Shown: positions 37,174 to 46,348, counted from the stretch's first letter. The stretch: DNA of 64,000 bases from an uncultured virus (IMG/VR IMGVR_UViG_3300033405_000010) (IMGVR_UViG_3300033405_000010), one strand, 5' to 3'. Notes: generated from the sequence alone by a model not told the origin. Program-made: numbers and translations.

Positions 37174-37625
37174 CGTCGCAACTCCGCTCGAACCCGCATG
37201 AGAATCTGACCGAGGTGGTTTTCCCCTTTCAAGGTGCCCGCCTCGTTCTCGACCATGCCCCAGTACCTGTCGCCCCAGTCGTTGCCCTCGATGAGCACGG
37301 CATCCCCGGTGTCGAGCAGCTTCTGGCGCAGGTCGGCATGGCGGAGGAACTTCGCCTGCACGACGGCGTACATAATGGACCGTCGGACTTCGAGCCAGTC
37401 AAGCCGCCGCGCCGCGCGCCGCCCCATCCGCTTCGCCTCGCCCGGCGTCTTGGCCCTCCGGATGGCCTCCTTCACCTCGGGGTCGCCGGTCTTGGCGGCC
37501 TGGTAGGCGTGCTCGGCCGTCGGGTAGAGCTTCCCACCGTACGGCACGTCCGCCTCGTAGAAGTTCGAGAGAAAGTGGTAGTCACCACGGAACCGGGTGA
37601 TGGCCGGGACCGCGGCAGCCTCCAT
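37170..37625 (-). CDS. NADAR (YbiA-like) ADP-ribose hydrolase / N-glycosidase
   Basis: FLSNFY, TAEHAYQAAK, KF..H, LL.TGD..LIE, DRYWG, GENHLGQILM.VR. Confidence 0.93.
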   Translation of the reverse strand: MEAAAVPAITRFRGDYHFLSNFYEADVPYGGKLYPTAEHAYQAAKTGDPEVKEAIRRAKTPGEAKRMGRRAARRLDWLEVRRSIMYAVVQAKFLRHADLRQKLLDTGDAVLIEGNDWGDRYWGMVENEAGTLKGENHLGQILMRVRAELRR

Positions 37626-37645
37626 GATTAGGCTCAGGTAGCGTG

Positions 37646-37658
37646 ATATATAAATAGG
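37646..37658. promoter_or_regulatory. Bidirectional TATA-like element between the NADAR and ART-like genes
   Basis: ATATATAAATAGG, the only AT-rich island in the spacer. Confidence 0.65.
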
Positions 37659-37704
37659 TCGCGGCGGCGCGGGTCTTGAATAGTCCGGGCCTCCTGGCCT
37701 CAGG

Positions 37705-38400
37705 GTGCGGCTGACTCCCCAGCAGGTCCTCGTCATCGACGCCCTCTCGCGCCGCGTCAACGAGGTCGCCGACGAACGCTTCCAGGAGTTCCATCAGCAG
37801 ACGCAGGAGGGCTTCCGCAAGCTCGCCGAGATGGACCCGAAGCTGAAGGAACAGTACGCGAAGGCCGGGACGACCATCGAGGAGGCGCAGCAGCACGAGA
37901 TGGACATGCCCTTCCAGGAGGGCTACTCCGGGCTCCGCTCGTTTCTCCTCCAGGGACTTCGGCCGCAAATCAAGGAGCAGTGGGTCCGTTACAACCTCGT
38001 CCCGTTGGTCGACGCGATGCAGCCGACCTGGTTCCAGCATGGGAAGTTCAACAAGCTCCCCGCCGACCTCAAGCCCGCCGTCATGCAACTTGCGACCTTC
38101 GAGCGCGACGAGCCGATGCTCATCTACCGGGAGCAGCCGCGCTTCCTCGACACGAAGGCCGGCCGGACGTTGAAGTGCGAGCGCCCGGTCTCCTGGAGCG
38201 CCTCGGAGAAGGCCGTCATGGGCGAGACCACGCTCATCTGCTCGACCCGCTACGGCACGAACGTCTCCATCCTCTCCCAGTACATCGGCGAGGGCGAGGT
38301 CATCTCGTTCAGCAAGGCGGGCTACCTCGTGACCCAGGTCGAGGACCGTTCGTTCATGGGGCGGCGCACCCGACGGGTCGTGCGGCTCCGCGACCGTTAA
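37705..38400 (+). CDS. Putative ADP-ribosyltransferase (R-S-E type)
   Basis: LIYR ... VSWS ... GEGEV in the expected order. Confidence 0.6.
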   Translation: MRLTPQQVLVIDALSRRVNEVADERFQEFHQQTQEGFRKLAEMDPKLKEQYAKAGTTIEEAQQHEMDMPFQEGYSGLRSFLLQGLRPQIKEQWVRYNLVPLVDAMQPTWFQHGKFNKLPADLKPAVMQLATFERDEPMLIYREQPRFLDTKAGRTLKCERPVSWSASEKAVMGETTLICSTRYGTNVSILSQYIGEGEVISFSKAGYLVTQVEDRSFMGRRTRRVVRLRDR

Positions 38401-38467
38401 GTAGCGGGAGCCCGTTCATCCCCTCGTGACGCCCCGCATACGCGACGGTCCGCTGATTCGGCCGAGC

Positions 38468-38541
38468 GGGCGCGTCGCATAGTGGTCTTGCTCCAGCCTT
38501 ATAAGCTGACGTAGACGCGAGTTCGATTCTCGCCGCGCCCA
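38468..38541 (+). tRNA. tRNA-Ile(UAU)
   Basis: GGGCGCG/CGCGCCC acceptor; loop CT-TAT-AA; TTCGATT T-loop. Confidence 0.85.
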
Positions 38542-38554
38542 TTCGCATCGCAAC

Positions 38555-38625
38555 GGGCCCGTCGTCTAACGGCAGGACACCATTCTGATAAATTGGAGAA
38601 GGGGGTTCGACTCTCCCCGGGCCTA
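38555..38625 (+). tRNA. tRNA-Ile(GAU)
   Basis: Cloverleaf; loop CT-GAT-AA; one U-U pair in the anticodon stem. Confidence 0.85.
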
Positions 38626-38675
38626 CCTCTCCATCGACCTAGGGCTCAAATAGCGTCAACCGGGTGGAGGAGACG

Positions 38676-39284
38676 ATGTCGTCGGCTGTTGATACGCCCG
38701 GCGGGGGAGCGGGGGAGAGGGCCGTTGTTTCGCCCGGGCCCAGCCTGGCTGCAAAGGGGAACGTGAGTGCCCATCTGAACCTCGTGTGCCGTGACGCGGA
38801 CGGTAAGGTCACGAGCACGTTCGACAAGGAGTGCGACATGACGCTGCTCCAGTCGGCGCAGTTCTTTGTCGTCAGCCAGCTCAACGTCTCCGGGCTGTCC
38901 TTCAAGGACACGAGCGGGGCGTCGCACGCGCAGACCGCGCAGGTCCTCGCGGGCACCCCGGCCATCGCGTTCGGCACGAACGGCACCGCGGCGACGTGGT
39001 CCGACTACGTCATCGGCACGTCGGCCGGCGGCGCCACCAACCCGGTCGGCGCCTCCGTCACGGCCATCGTCGCGGGCGGCGCGAGCGGTACGTTCACCGT
39101 CACCGCGACCTGGAACAACACCACGGCCGGAACCGTCACCATCACCGAGCTTGCCCTCTACATCACGACGACGGCGGGCATGGCGAGCAACTCGACCTTC
39201 GCCATCACCCACGACGTCTTCACGGGTCAGGCCGTCTCCGCGAGCGGAACCGCCGCGGCGACCCTCACCTACACCTGGAGCTGA
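38676..39284 (+). CDS. Putative virion protein (Thr/Ala-rich, beta)
   Basis: GGAGG upstream; TITELALY, TLTYTW. Confidence 0.7.
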   Translation: MSSAVDTPGGGAGERAVVSPGPSLAAKGNVSAHLNLVCRDADGKVTSTFDKECDMTLLQSAQFFVVSQLNVSGLSFKDTSGASHAQTAQVLAGTPAIAFGTNGTAATWSDYVIGTSAGGATNPVGASVTAIVAGGASGTFTVTATWNNTTAGTVTITELALYITTTAGMASNSTFAITHDVFTGQAVSASGTAAATLTYTWS

Positions 39285-39286
39285 AC

Positions 39287-39589
39287 ATGCCGCACAAGGC
39301 CATCCCCGCAGAAGCCCCGAGCCTCCCCCCCGAAGCGTGGACCGGTTCGGCCCCCGCCCCAGTCGACGGCGCCACCGGACGGAAGTTCGCGTGGACGAAG
39401 GTCGCGGGGACGGCGGTCGCCGCGACCCAGACCGAGGACGGCTCCATGAAGGGCAAGGCGATTTGGCGCATCACTGCCGACTGCCCGAAGTGCTCGGACA
39501 CCATCTCCATCATCGGCTCGACGGAGCACGGCGACGCCCCGGTGCGTTGCTACTGCTCTCCCGCGCGCGTCTTCCTGGTGACCTGGTGA
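39287..39589 (+). CDS. Small zinc-ribbon protein
   Basis: CPKC...CYC. Confidence 0.6.
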   Translation: MPHKAIPAEAPSLPPEAWTGSAPAPVDGATGRKFAWTKVAGTAVAATQTEDGSMKGKAIWRITADCPKCSDTISIIGSTEHGDAPVRCYCSPARVFLVTW

Positions 39590-39590
39590 G

Positions 39591-39947
39591 ATGGCTTACA
39601 ATCCGGACTTCCAGCAACTGTTCCCGGGCTCCGAGGAAGACTACATCGGTCTTCCGCCGGACTCCACCGGCAAGAAGATGCGAACGCGGCTGTGGATTAT
39701 CTTCGACCCTGTCGTGGGCGCCTACAACTACGAGGAGGCCGAGGTCGTTCACCTCGGCGACCCGAACGCGCCGAACAACCTCGCCTACGTCAGCAACCTG
39801 GGCGAGCTTCACGTCGACCCGTACCAGCAGCGGGCGATGCAGGAGGAGATTTTCCTCACGCAGTTCGACCGACGTTACACAGAGGATGTGGTCAAGGTTC
39901 AAAAGGCCCGGGAGTATCTCCGGACCGGGACGTCCATTCGACGGTGA
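39591..39947 (+). CDS. Hypothetical protein (virion-associated?)
   Basis: LPPDSTGKKMRT motif; within a structural-like operon. Confidence 0.7.
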   Translation: MAYNPDFQQLFPGSEEDYIGLPPDSTGKKMRTRLWIIFDPVVGAYNYEEAEVVHLGDPNAPNNLAYVSNLGELHVDPYQQRAMQEEIFLTQFDRRYTEDVVKVQKAREYLRTGTSIRR

Positions 39948-39958
39948 GGTGGTGAAAG

Positions 39959-40618
39959 ATGGTTCTAGCGGAAGGCGTCGTTGGTGAGCAGCAACTGGGC
40001 ATCGGTTCTCCGGGCGCGGCCCGTATGGACCAGCAGGGCGGCGTCGTGGCCGCGAACGACCACGGATGGCGCTTCACCGGCAACTACAACAACCGTCTCT
40101 ACACGGTGGCGAACCAGTCCGTGCAGGCGCTGACCCTCATCGGCGCGACGACGTACACCGGGCTCGCGCTCTGGAATCCCCCGGGGTCCGCGGTCATCGC
40201 GTCCGTCGACGAGTGCACGGTCAACGTGGCGACGCTGCCCACGGCGGCGGCCGCCATCCTGCTCTTCGAAATCACGAGCACCCCCTCCGCGTTCACCACG
40301 GCGCAGGTCACCTACGCCGCGAAGGTGCAGCCGTCCATCCAGGGCTCGTCCAACGCCTCGAAGTGCGCTGGCTACACGGCCCTCACCCTGGCGGCGGCCC
40401 CCGACGCTGCCACCGCGCCCATCATCCGGGCGCTCGCGTCCTACCTCGGCGTGACCACGGACGCCACCTCCATCCAGGGCGTCGTGACGAAGGCCATCGA
40501 GGGCAGCATCATCCTCGAACCCGGCACGGGCGTCGGCATCGTCGCCGCCACCACCGCCATCACCGTCATCGGGTCGTTCACCTGGGAAGAACTGCCCCTC
40601 TCCATCTACCCCGGATAG
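39959..40618 (+). CDS. Putative virion protein, paralog A
   Basis: TGLALWNPPGS, IILEPGT, FTWEE. Confidence 0.8.
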   Translation: MVLAEGVVGEQQLGIGSPGAARMDQQGGVVAANDHGWRFTGNYNNRLYTVANQSVQALTLIGATTYTGLALWNPPGSAVIASVDECTVNVATLPTAAAAILLFEITSTPSAFTTAQVTYAAKVQPSIQGSSNASKCAGYTALTLAAAPDAATAPIIRALASYLGVTTDATSIQGVVTKAIEGSIILEPGTGVGIVAATTAITVIGSFTWEELPLSIYPG

Positions 40619-40630
40619 GGAGGACGAGAC

Positions 40631-41293
40631 ATGGTGCTGGTCGAGGGCGTCGTTGGCGAACAACAGCTTGGCATCGGTTCGCCCGGTGCGTTCCGTCTCG
40701 ACCAGCAGGGCGGCATCATCTACGTCAACGACCACGGGATGCAGTTCACCACGAACTACAACAACCGTCTCTTCAACGTCGCCCATCAGGCCGCGACGGC
40801 GTTATCGCTGGCGTCCACCACGACGTACACCGGGCTCGCGCTCTGGAATCCGCCGGGGTCCGCCGTCATCGCATCGGTCCTGGAGGTCACGGCCACGGCG
40901 AACGCGATGCCAGCCGCCGCCGCCCTCATCGTCCTGTTCGAAATCACGACAACCCCTACGTTCGGCACGGCGGTGGTGACCTACGCCTCGAAGGTCCAGC
41001 CCAACATCCAGGGCTCGTCGAACGCCTCGAAGTGCGCTGCCTACGCGGGACTGACGCTGACCACGGGCGCGAACCCTGGAACGGCGACGGCCCCCATCAT
41101 CCGGGGAGTGCAGTCCTACCTGGGCATCACGACCAACGAGACGGAGCTTCAGGACAACGCGACGAAGGCGCTCGATGGCTCCATCATCCTGGAGCCCGGA
41201 ACGGGCGTCGGGATGGTCGCGGTCACCACGGCGGTCACCGTCTTCGGGTCTTTTACGTGGGAAGAGCTACCCATCTCCATCTTCCCCGGGTGA
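40631..41293 (+). CDS. Putative virion protein, paralog B
   Basis: Full-length tandem duplicate of 39959-40618. Confidence 0.8.
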   Translation: MVLVEGVVGEQQLGIGSPGAFRLDQQGGIIYVNDHGMQFTTNYNNRLFNVAHQAATALSLASTTTYTGLALWNPPGSAVIASVLEVTATANAMPAAAALIVLFEITTTPTFGTAVVTYASKVQPNIQGSSNASKCAAYAGLTLTTGANPGTATAPIIRGVQSYLGITTNETELQDNATKALDGSIILEPGTGVGMVAVTTAVTVFGSFTWEELPISIFPG

Positions 41294-41298
41294 GCAAC

Positions 41299-41532
41299 AT
41301 GGCGGAGCGCGAGATACCAGAGGGCGACATCCAACGGACGCAGACGGTCGTCTTCACGAAGCTCGGCCCCGGCCGCTACCGTTTCGCCGTCCGCGGCGAC
41401 TTCTCCTCCGAGGAGTTGACCTTCGCGCTCGACCAGCTCAAGGCGGTGCTCCAGGGCGTGGCGACCCACGTCGGACGGACCTCCACCACGCTCGCCCCGA
41501 CGGTCGAGCCACCCCCGGCCGCCACACATTAG
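41299..41532 (+). CDS. Hypothetical protein
   Basis: Start MAEREIP; typical codon bias. Confidence 0.55.
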   Translation: MAEREIPEGDIQRTQTVVFTKLGPGRYRFAVRGDFSSEELTFALDQLKAVLQGVATHVGRTSTTLAPTVEPPPAATH

Positions 41533-41552
41533 CGCCTCGGAGGTAGACTCCG

Positions 41553-43931
41553 ATGGCGGATGCGTGGAAAATCTGGGACCTCACCGGCTATGAGTACTTC
41601 GTCAGCGGCGCGGAGTTCGTAGCCGAGGTCGGAGTCGCCTACGCGGGGGCCCGTGGGGTCGGCACCGAGCTAATCGCCGAGACCTACAGCCTCGTCGTCT
41701 CCGAGAAACCTACCGGCGTCGAACTCGTCAGCGAAACCGGCGTTTCGGTCACGTCCGAGAAGCCCACCGGCGCGGAGCACGTAGCCGAGGCCGGCGTCTC
41801 GGTCACGTCGGAGAAGCCCACTGGCGCCGAGCACGTTGCTGAATCCGGCGTATCCGTCACCTCTGAGGTAGTCGTCGGCGCGGAGCACGTAGCCGAGGCC
41901 GGCGTTTCGGTCACGTCGGAGAAGCCCACCGGCGCGGAACACGTCGCCGAAACGGGAGTCTCTGTCACGTCGGAGAAACCGACGGGTGCTGAGCACGTCG
42001 CGGAGGTCGGCGTTTCGGTCACCTCCGAGGCCCCTACTGGCGCAGAGCACGTAGCCGAGACCGGCGTCTCCGTCACGTCGGAGAAGCCCACTGGCGCGGA
42101 ACACGTCGCCGAGGTGGGGGTCTCGGTTACGTCGGAGGCGCCCACCGGCGCGGAGCACGTCGCCGAAACGGGCGTCTCGGTGACGTCGGAGAAGCCCACC
42201 GGCGCGGAACACATCGCGGAGACGGGTGTCTCCGTCACGTCGGAGAAACCGACGGGTGCTGAGCACGTCGCGGAGGTCGGCGTTTCGGTCACCTCCGAGG
42301 CCCCTACTGGCGCAGAGCACGTAGCCGAGACCGGCGTCTCCGTCACGTCGGAGGTTGTCGCCGGTGCGGAGCACGTCGCTGAGGCCGGCGCGGCTATCGG
42401 CAAGAACCCGGTCACCGGGACCGAGCAGGTCTCCGAGACCGGGGTCTCCGTCACGTCGGAGAAGCCCACCGGCGCGGAGCAGGTTTCTGAGACCGGCGTT
42501 GCCATCGGCACGTCGGTCGTTTCCGGTGCGGAGCATGTCGCGGAATCCGGCGTCTCCGTCACCTCGGAGAAGCCGACCGGAACGGAGCAGGTCTCCGAGA
42601 CCGGGGTCTCGGTCACGTCGGAGAAGCCGACGGGAGCCGAGCACGTCGCCGAGGTCGGTGTCTCGGTCACCTCGGAGGTAGTCACCGGGGCGGAGGCCAT
42701 CACTGAGACGTCCTACGTGGTGGTATCGGAGAAGCCGACCGGCACCGAGCAGGTCCAGGAGACGTTCAGCATCGTCTACTCTCAGGCCGTCCAGGGGACC
42801 GAGACCGTCTACGAGACGGGCGTGGCCGGCGCCGGGTTCAAACCGGTCGGCGAAGAAGCGGTCAACGTACACGGTGTCATCACGACCAGCATCGGCCTGC
42901 CCGTACTGGAAATCGTCGGCGAGGCGGGGGTCGTCTTCGTCCCGTCCCGCCCGACAGGCGCCGAGGCGGTCGCCGAGGTCGCAACCTCCCAAGTAGTCAT
43001 CCCCGTCACGGGGGCCGAGGAGGTCCAGGAAACCGGCACCGCCTTTGCCGGGGCGGTCGCCACCGGCACGGAGGCCGTCTCCGAGACCTTCGAACTCATC
43101 GTCTCCGAGTATCCGAAGGTCTCCGAGTTCGTCACGGAGTTCGGGCGCGCCGTCGCATACGGCGCGGCCACCGCCTACGGCCGCATCGCCGAGGTCGTCG
43201 GCCTGACGGTCTCCGGCCCGGTCTCCGGCTCCGGCACCATCTTCGAGTCGGGCATCGTCCAGACCGGTCACTTCGTCACCGGCACGGAGGCCGTGGATGA
43301 GGTTGCGAGTCTGAAGGTCGCCAGCGGAATCGCCGGCGCGGAGGCCATCCTCGACGCGGCGAATCTCGTGGTCTCCGTCCGGCCCGCTGTGCAGGGCACG
43401 GTCGGAGAGACCGCGACGCTCGTCGTCGTGAACCCGCCCCGACCCTCGGGCGGAGGCGGTGGAGGCGGTGGCTACTACCCCTACCAGTACGACCGGTGGC
43501 CCGCCGAGACCCAGGCGTACTTCGACCAGACCATCGGCAACATGGAACGCTCCTACGTCAAGCGGAACTACCCGCCGGCGTACATCCTGGTCCAACCCCC
43601 CGAGCAGGCGGTCTCCGAGGCCATCGCGTTCGCCGAGCCGCCCACGGCCATGCCAGCCGTCAGCGGAACGGCCATCCCGACGTGGGCGATTGCGCTCGCG
43701 GGTGTCGCCGTTGGCGCCGCGGCCACCATCGGAATCCTGTGGGCCGCCTCGCGCTGGAACTTCGGGCCGCGCCCTCGCCCGCAGCCACCTGAGGGCCCTG
43801 CGCCGCGGCCACTCCCTCCCAGGACGAACCCACGGAAGAAGCGCCGCCCGCGGGGCCGGCGGGCTCGGCAAGCCCTTCCGAAGGTCGCGCTGAAGCGGCG
43901 CAGGTCTTATCAGACCGGAGCCGGATGGTAG
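41553..43931 (+). CDS. Membrane-anchored 18-aa tandem-repeat stalk protein
   Basis: About 20 conserved EKPTGAEHVAETGVSVTS repeats; C-terminal TM helix and basic tail. Confidence 0.85.
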   Translation: MADAWKIWDLTGYEYFVSGAEFVAEVGVAYAGARGVGTELIAETYSLVVSEKPTGVELVSETGVSVTSEKPTGAEHVAEAGVSVTSEKPTGAEHVAESGVSVTSEVVVGAEHVAEAGVSVTSEKPTGAEHVAETGVSVTSEKPTGAEHVAEVGVSVTSEAPTGAEHVAETGVSVTSEKPTGAEHVAEVGVSVTSEAPTGAEHVAETGVSVTSEKPTGAEHIAETGVSVTSEKPTGAEHVAEVGVSVTSEAPTGAEHVAETGVSVTSEVVAGAEHVAEAGAAIGKNPVTGTEQVSETGVSVTSEKPTGAEQVSETGVAIGTSVVSGAEHVAESGVSVTSEKPTGTEQVSETGVSVTSEKPTGAEHVAEVGVSVTSEVVTGAEAITETSYVVVSEKPTGTEQVQETFSIVYSQAVQGTETVYETGVAGAGFKPVGEEAVNVHGVITTSIGLPVLEIVGEAGVVFVPSRPTGAEAVAEVATSQVVIPVTGAEEVQETGTAFAGAVATGTEAVSETFELIVSEYPKVSEFVTEFGRAVAYGAATAYGRIAEVVGLTVSGPVSGSGTIFESGIVQTGHFVTGTEAVDEVASLKVASGIAGAEAILDAANLVVSVRPAVQGTVGETATLVVVNPPRPSGGGGGGGGYYPYQYDRWPAETQAYFDQTIGNMERSYVKRNYPPAYILVQPPEQAVSEAIAFAEPPTAMPAVSGTAIPTWAIALAGVAVGAAATIGILWAASRWNFGPRPRPQPPEGPAPRPLPPRTNPRKKRRPRGRRARQALPKVALKRRRSYQTGAGW
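41670..42760 (+). repeat. 54-bp coding tandem repeat
   Basis: Recurrent GAGAAGCCCACCGGCGCGGAGCACGT-like units. Confidence 0.9.
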
Positions 43932-43946
43932 GCCGACGGAGCCCTG

Positions 43947-44723
43947 ATGCCGACCATAACAAATTGGGCCGTTGGGTCGAGTGACACCGGAACGACAAGC
44001 GTTGACATCACCTGCACCACCGGGGAGTCGGTCTACGTCTTCGTCGGCGGCGACGCGACCGGAGGCATCGGCCCGAGCGCGGTCACGGACGACCAATCGC
44101 CGCCCAACGTCTACACGCGCATCGACGGAAGCAACATCCAACAGGGCACCAGCACCGTCTGCCTCTTCGCGTACTACTGCGACAACGTCCAGTGCCCCGG
44201 GGGCAGTCTCAACGTCACCGTGACGATGGGTGCGCTGAACTTCACGGGCATCGTGTCCGCCGCCGCCCTCAGCGGGACCGTCACCCCCTCCCTCGATGCG
44301 TTTGCCCTTTCCACAAGGATGACGGGGACCGGCGCTGTCCAGGCCATCGGCCCGTGCGACCTCGGCATTACCCAGGGCGGCGAACTCGCCTTCGTCTTCG
44401 CTGTTGCCGGCGACAGTGCCGCGTTCCTGCCCGGCGCTCAGACCCTCTCTCCACCGCTCACCGGCGGGACCGAGGTGATGGACACGGATGCGAACGGTTT
44501 TTACGACCTCGTTGTCGCGTACGACCCGAACCCAATTCCCGGGAGGATGGCCTACAACGGCACCTCGAACGAGGGCGCAGCGAATGGCGTCGTTCAGATG
44601 ATGGGCGTGAGCATCATGGGCCCGCCAGTCGTCGCCGGCACGACCAACACGAACCCGCTCTCCTACTACGGCTACTCCCCCGAGACGATGTTCGGGTTCC
44701 GGCAGGAGCCGACCGAAGGGTAG
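43947..44723 (+). CDS. Beta-rich putative virion/adhesion protein
   Basis: 258 aa, Gly/Thr-rich. Confidence 0.65.
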   Translation: MPTITNWAVGSSDTGTTSVDITCTTGESVYVFVGGDATGGIGPSAVTDDQSPPNVYTRIDGSNIQQGTSTVCLFAYYCDNVQCPGGSLNVTVTMGALNFTGIVSAAALSGTVTPSLDAFALSTRMTGTGAVQAIGPCDLGITQGGELAFVFAVAGDSAAFLPGAQTLSPPLTGGTEVMDTDANGFYDLVVAYDPNPIPGRMAYNGTSNEGAANGVVQMMGVSIMGPPVVAGTTNTNPLSYYGYSPETMFGFRQEPTEG

Positions 44724-44828
44724 CACCCATTAAATCCCGGGACGCGCGTAGCGGATTCGCCATGCGGTTCGGGCGAACGCGATGTACTACCTGTCCCGGC
44801 ACACCGGGTCGGTAGACCATTCGCCCCT

Positions 44829-44903
44829 GCCGCTCTAGTTCAATCCGCAGAATCCCGGTCTTGTAAATCGGGGATGCCGGTTCAAATCCGACGAGCGGCT
44901 CCA
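44829..44903 (+). tRNA. tRNA-Thr(UGU), CCA encoded
   Basis: Cloverleaf; loop CT-TGT-AA. Confidence 0.88.
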
Positions 44904-44904
44904 T

Positions 44905-44975
44905 GCCGCTGTAGGATAACGGCAGTCCAGGACTTTCGTAAAGTCCGAGCGGGGGTTCGACTCCCTCTAGCGGCT
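44905..44975 (+). tRNA. tRNA-Thr(CGU)
   Basis: GGACT/AGTCC stem; loop TT-CGT-AA. Confidence 0.88.
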
Positions 44976-44976
44976 T

Positions 44977-45047
44977 GCCCCAGGGGCAGGTCGGATACGC
45001 GACGGTCCGCAAAATCGTCCAAGAGGGTTCAACTCCCTCCTGGGGCT
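44977..45047 (+). tRNA. tRNA-Cys(GCA), atypical
   Basis: Loop CC-GCA-AA; U73; weak D arm; G8. Confidence 0.75.
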
Positions 45048-45054
45048 CTCACAT

Positions 45055-45125
45055 GCCACCGCAGTTCGGCGGACGAATCCCAGCATGGTAAGTTGGGGAT
45101 GCGGGTTCAACTCCTGCCGGTGGCT
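45055..45125 (+). tRNA. tRNA-Thr(GGU)
   Basis: Loop AT-GGT-AA; C8. Confidence 0.83.
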
Positions 45126-45160
45126 CTATATTTATATATCGGAGAGACCTAATCGTCTCT

Positions 45161-45240
45161 GCCGGGCGGCTATGAAAGCAGCCTCTGAGGGGCTCGACAC
45201 CCTCTTGGGTCGCGGAGGGGTCGAGCCCTCCCCGTTCGGC
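45161..45240 (+). ncRNA. Putative tRNA-like structured RNA / leader of the RNA ligase gene
   Basis: Starts about 25 nt after TTTATATA; 9-bp closing helix with G-U pairs; three internal hairpins. Confidence 0.45.
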
Positions 45241-45257
45241 TGCTCGATTGAGGAAAG

Positions 45258-46340
45258 ATGCCGACACTCCTGACGCGCGAGGAGTTCCGCGAGGCGGTCT
45301 TCGAACGCGATGACAAGACCTGCGTCGTCCCGGGCTGCGGGTACGCCCAGGAGGTCGAGGCAGGCCACGAGGTCGAGGTCGTCGCTCACCACATCATCGA
45401 GCGACGGCTCTGGACCGCCGCGGGCGAGGAGGCCGGTTACTTCGTCGAGAACGGCGCCACCCTCTGTCCGTTCCACCACCTATGGGGGGCGGAAACCTGC
45501 ACGCTTCAACCCGACGTCCTCCGCTACTGGGCCGAAATCGAGGACGTCGTCCTGCCGTCCGGATGGGACCCGGCCCAACGGTACGACAAGTGGGGCGTCG
45601 TGCTCAAGCAGCCGAACCGGGAGCGCGTGAAGTACCCCTCCACGCCGTACCTCCCCATGAGCCCGGGCGTGGAGGAGAACGACATCAACCTCCCCGACCT
45701 GAAGCCGTTCGTCCACCAGCCGCTCTGCATCACCATCAAGATGGACGGCGGCAACACGCTCCTGACGCGCGACCTGGTCGCGGCGCGGAACGGACACTCC
45801 GCGGACCACGCCTCGTTCGACTGGCTGAAGGCGGCACACGCCGGGTTCGCTAAGCAAATCCCCGAGGGCGTCCAAATCTTCGGAGAGAACCTCTACGCGC
45901 GGCACTCCATCCACTACACCGGGAAGCTCCAGCTCGACTCGCTGTTCATGGTCTTTGGCGTCTACGACCAGAAGGAGCAGATGTTCGGCTCCTGGCCGCA
46001 CGTCGTGCAGGCCGCGAAGCTCATCGGCTTCCCGACGGTCCCGGTCCTGGAGTACGGGAAGGAGTACCCGAACGAGGATGCGCTCCGCGTCCGGCTCTTC
46101 CGCCTCGCCAACGACGTCATCAAGCGCGGCCACGAGGGAATCGTCGTCCGCCTCGCGTACCCGTACGTGTTCGGGATGCACGAGGGTTACGAAAGTCGTA
46201 ACTCCAACAGCGGAGAAACATGGCGCGTCAACGCCATAGCTAAGTACGTCCGCGAGGGCCACGTCCAGAGCGAGGAGCGGTGGGACCACGTCCCCATCGT
46301 CAAGAACGAGGTCAAACCGGGGAAGCCGTTCCAGCGGTAG
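45258..46340 (+). CDS. HNH-like domain fused to an RNA ligase (nucleotidyltransferase) domain
   Basis: VFERD..CVVPGC...AHHIIER...NGATLC..HH; KYPSTPYLP, KMDG, FGEN, FGV, HEGIVVR, KYVR. Confidence 0.88.
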   Translation: MPTLLTREEFREAVFERDDKTCVVPGCGYAQEVEAGHEVEVVAHHIIERRLWTAAGEEAGYFVENGATLCPFHHLWGAETCTLQPDVLRYWAEIEDVVLPSGWDPAQRYDKWGVVLKQPNRERVKYPSTPYLPMSPGVEENDINLPDLKPFVHQPLCITIKMDGGNTLLTRDLVAARNGHSADHASFDWLKAAHAGFAKQIPEGVQIFGENLYARHSIHYTGKLQLDSLFMVFGVYDQKEQMFGSWPHVVQAAKLIGFPTVPVLEYGKEYPNEDALRVRLFRLANDVIKRGHEGIVVRLAYPYVFGMHEGYESRNSNSGETWRVNAIAKYVREGHVQSEERWDHVPIVKNEVKPGKPFQR

Positions 46341-46348
46341 GCGTTGCG

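Noticed and set aside
41670..44726. 1018-aa and 339-aa minus-strand ORFs
   Set aside because: Antisense shadows of the GC-biased repeat protein gene
45161..45240. Selenocysteine or suppressor tRNA
   Set aside because: No UCA anticodon and no canonical T-loop
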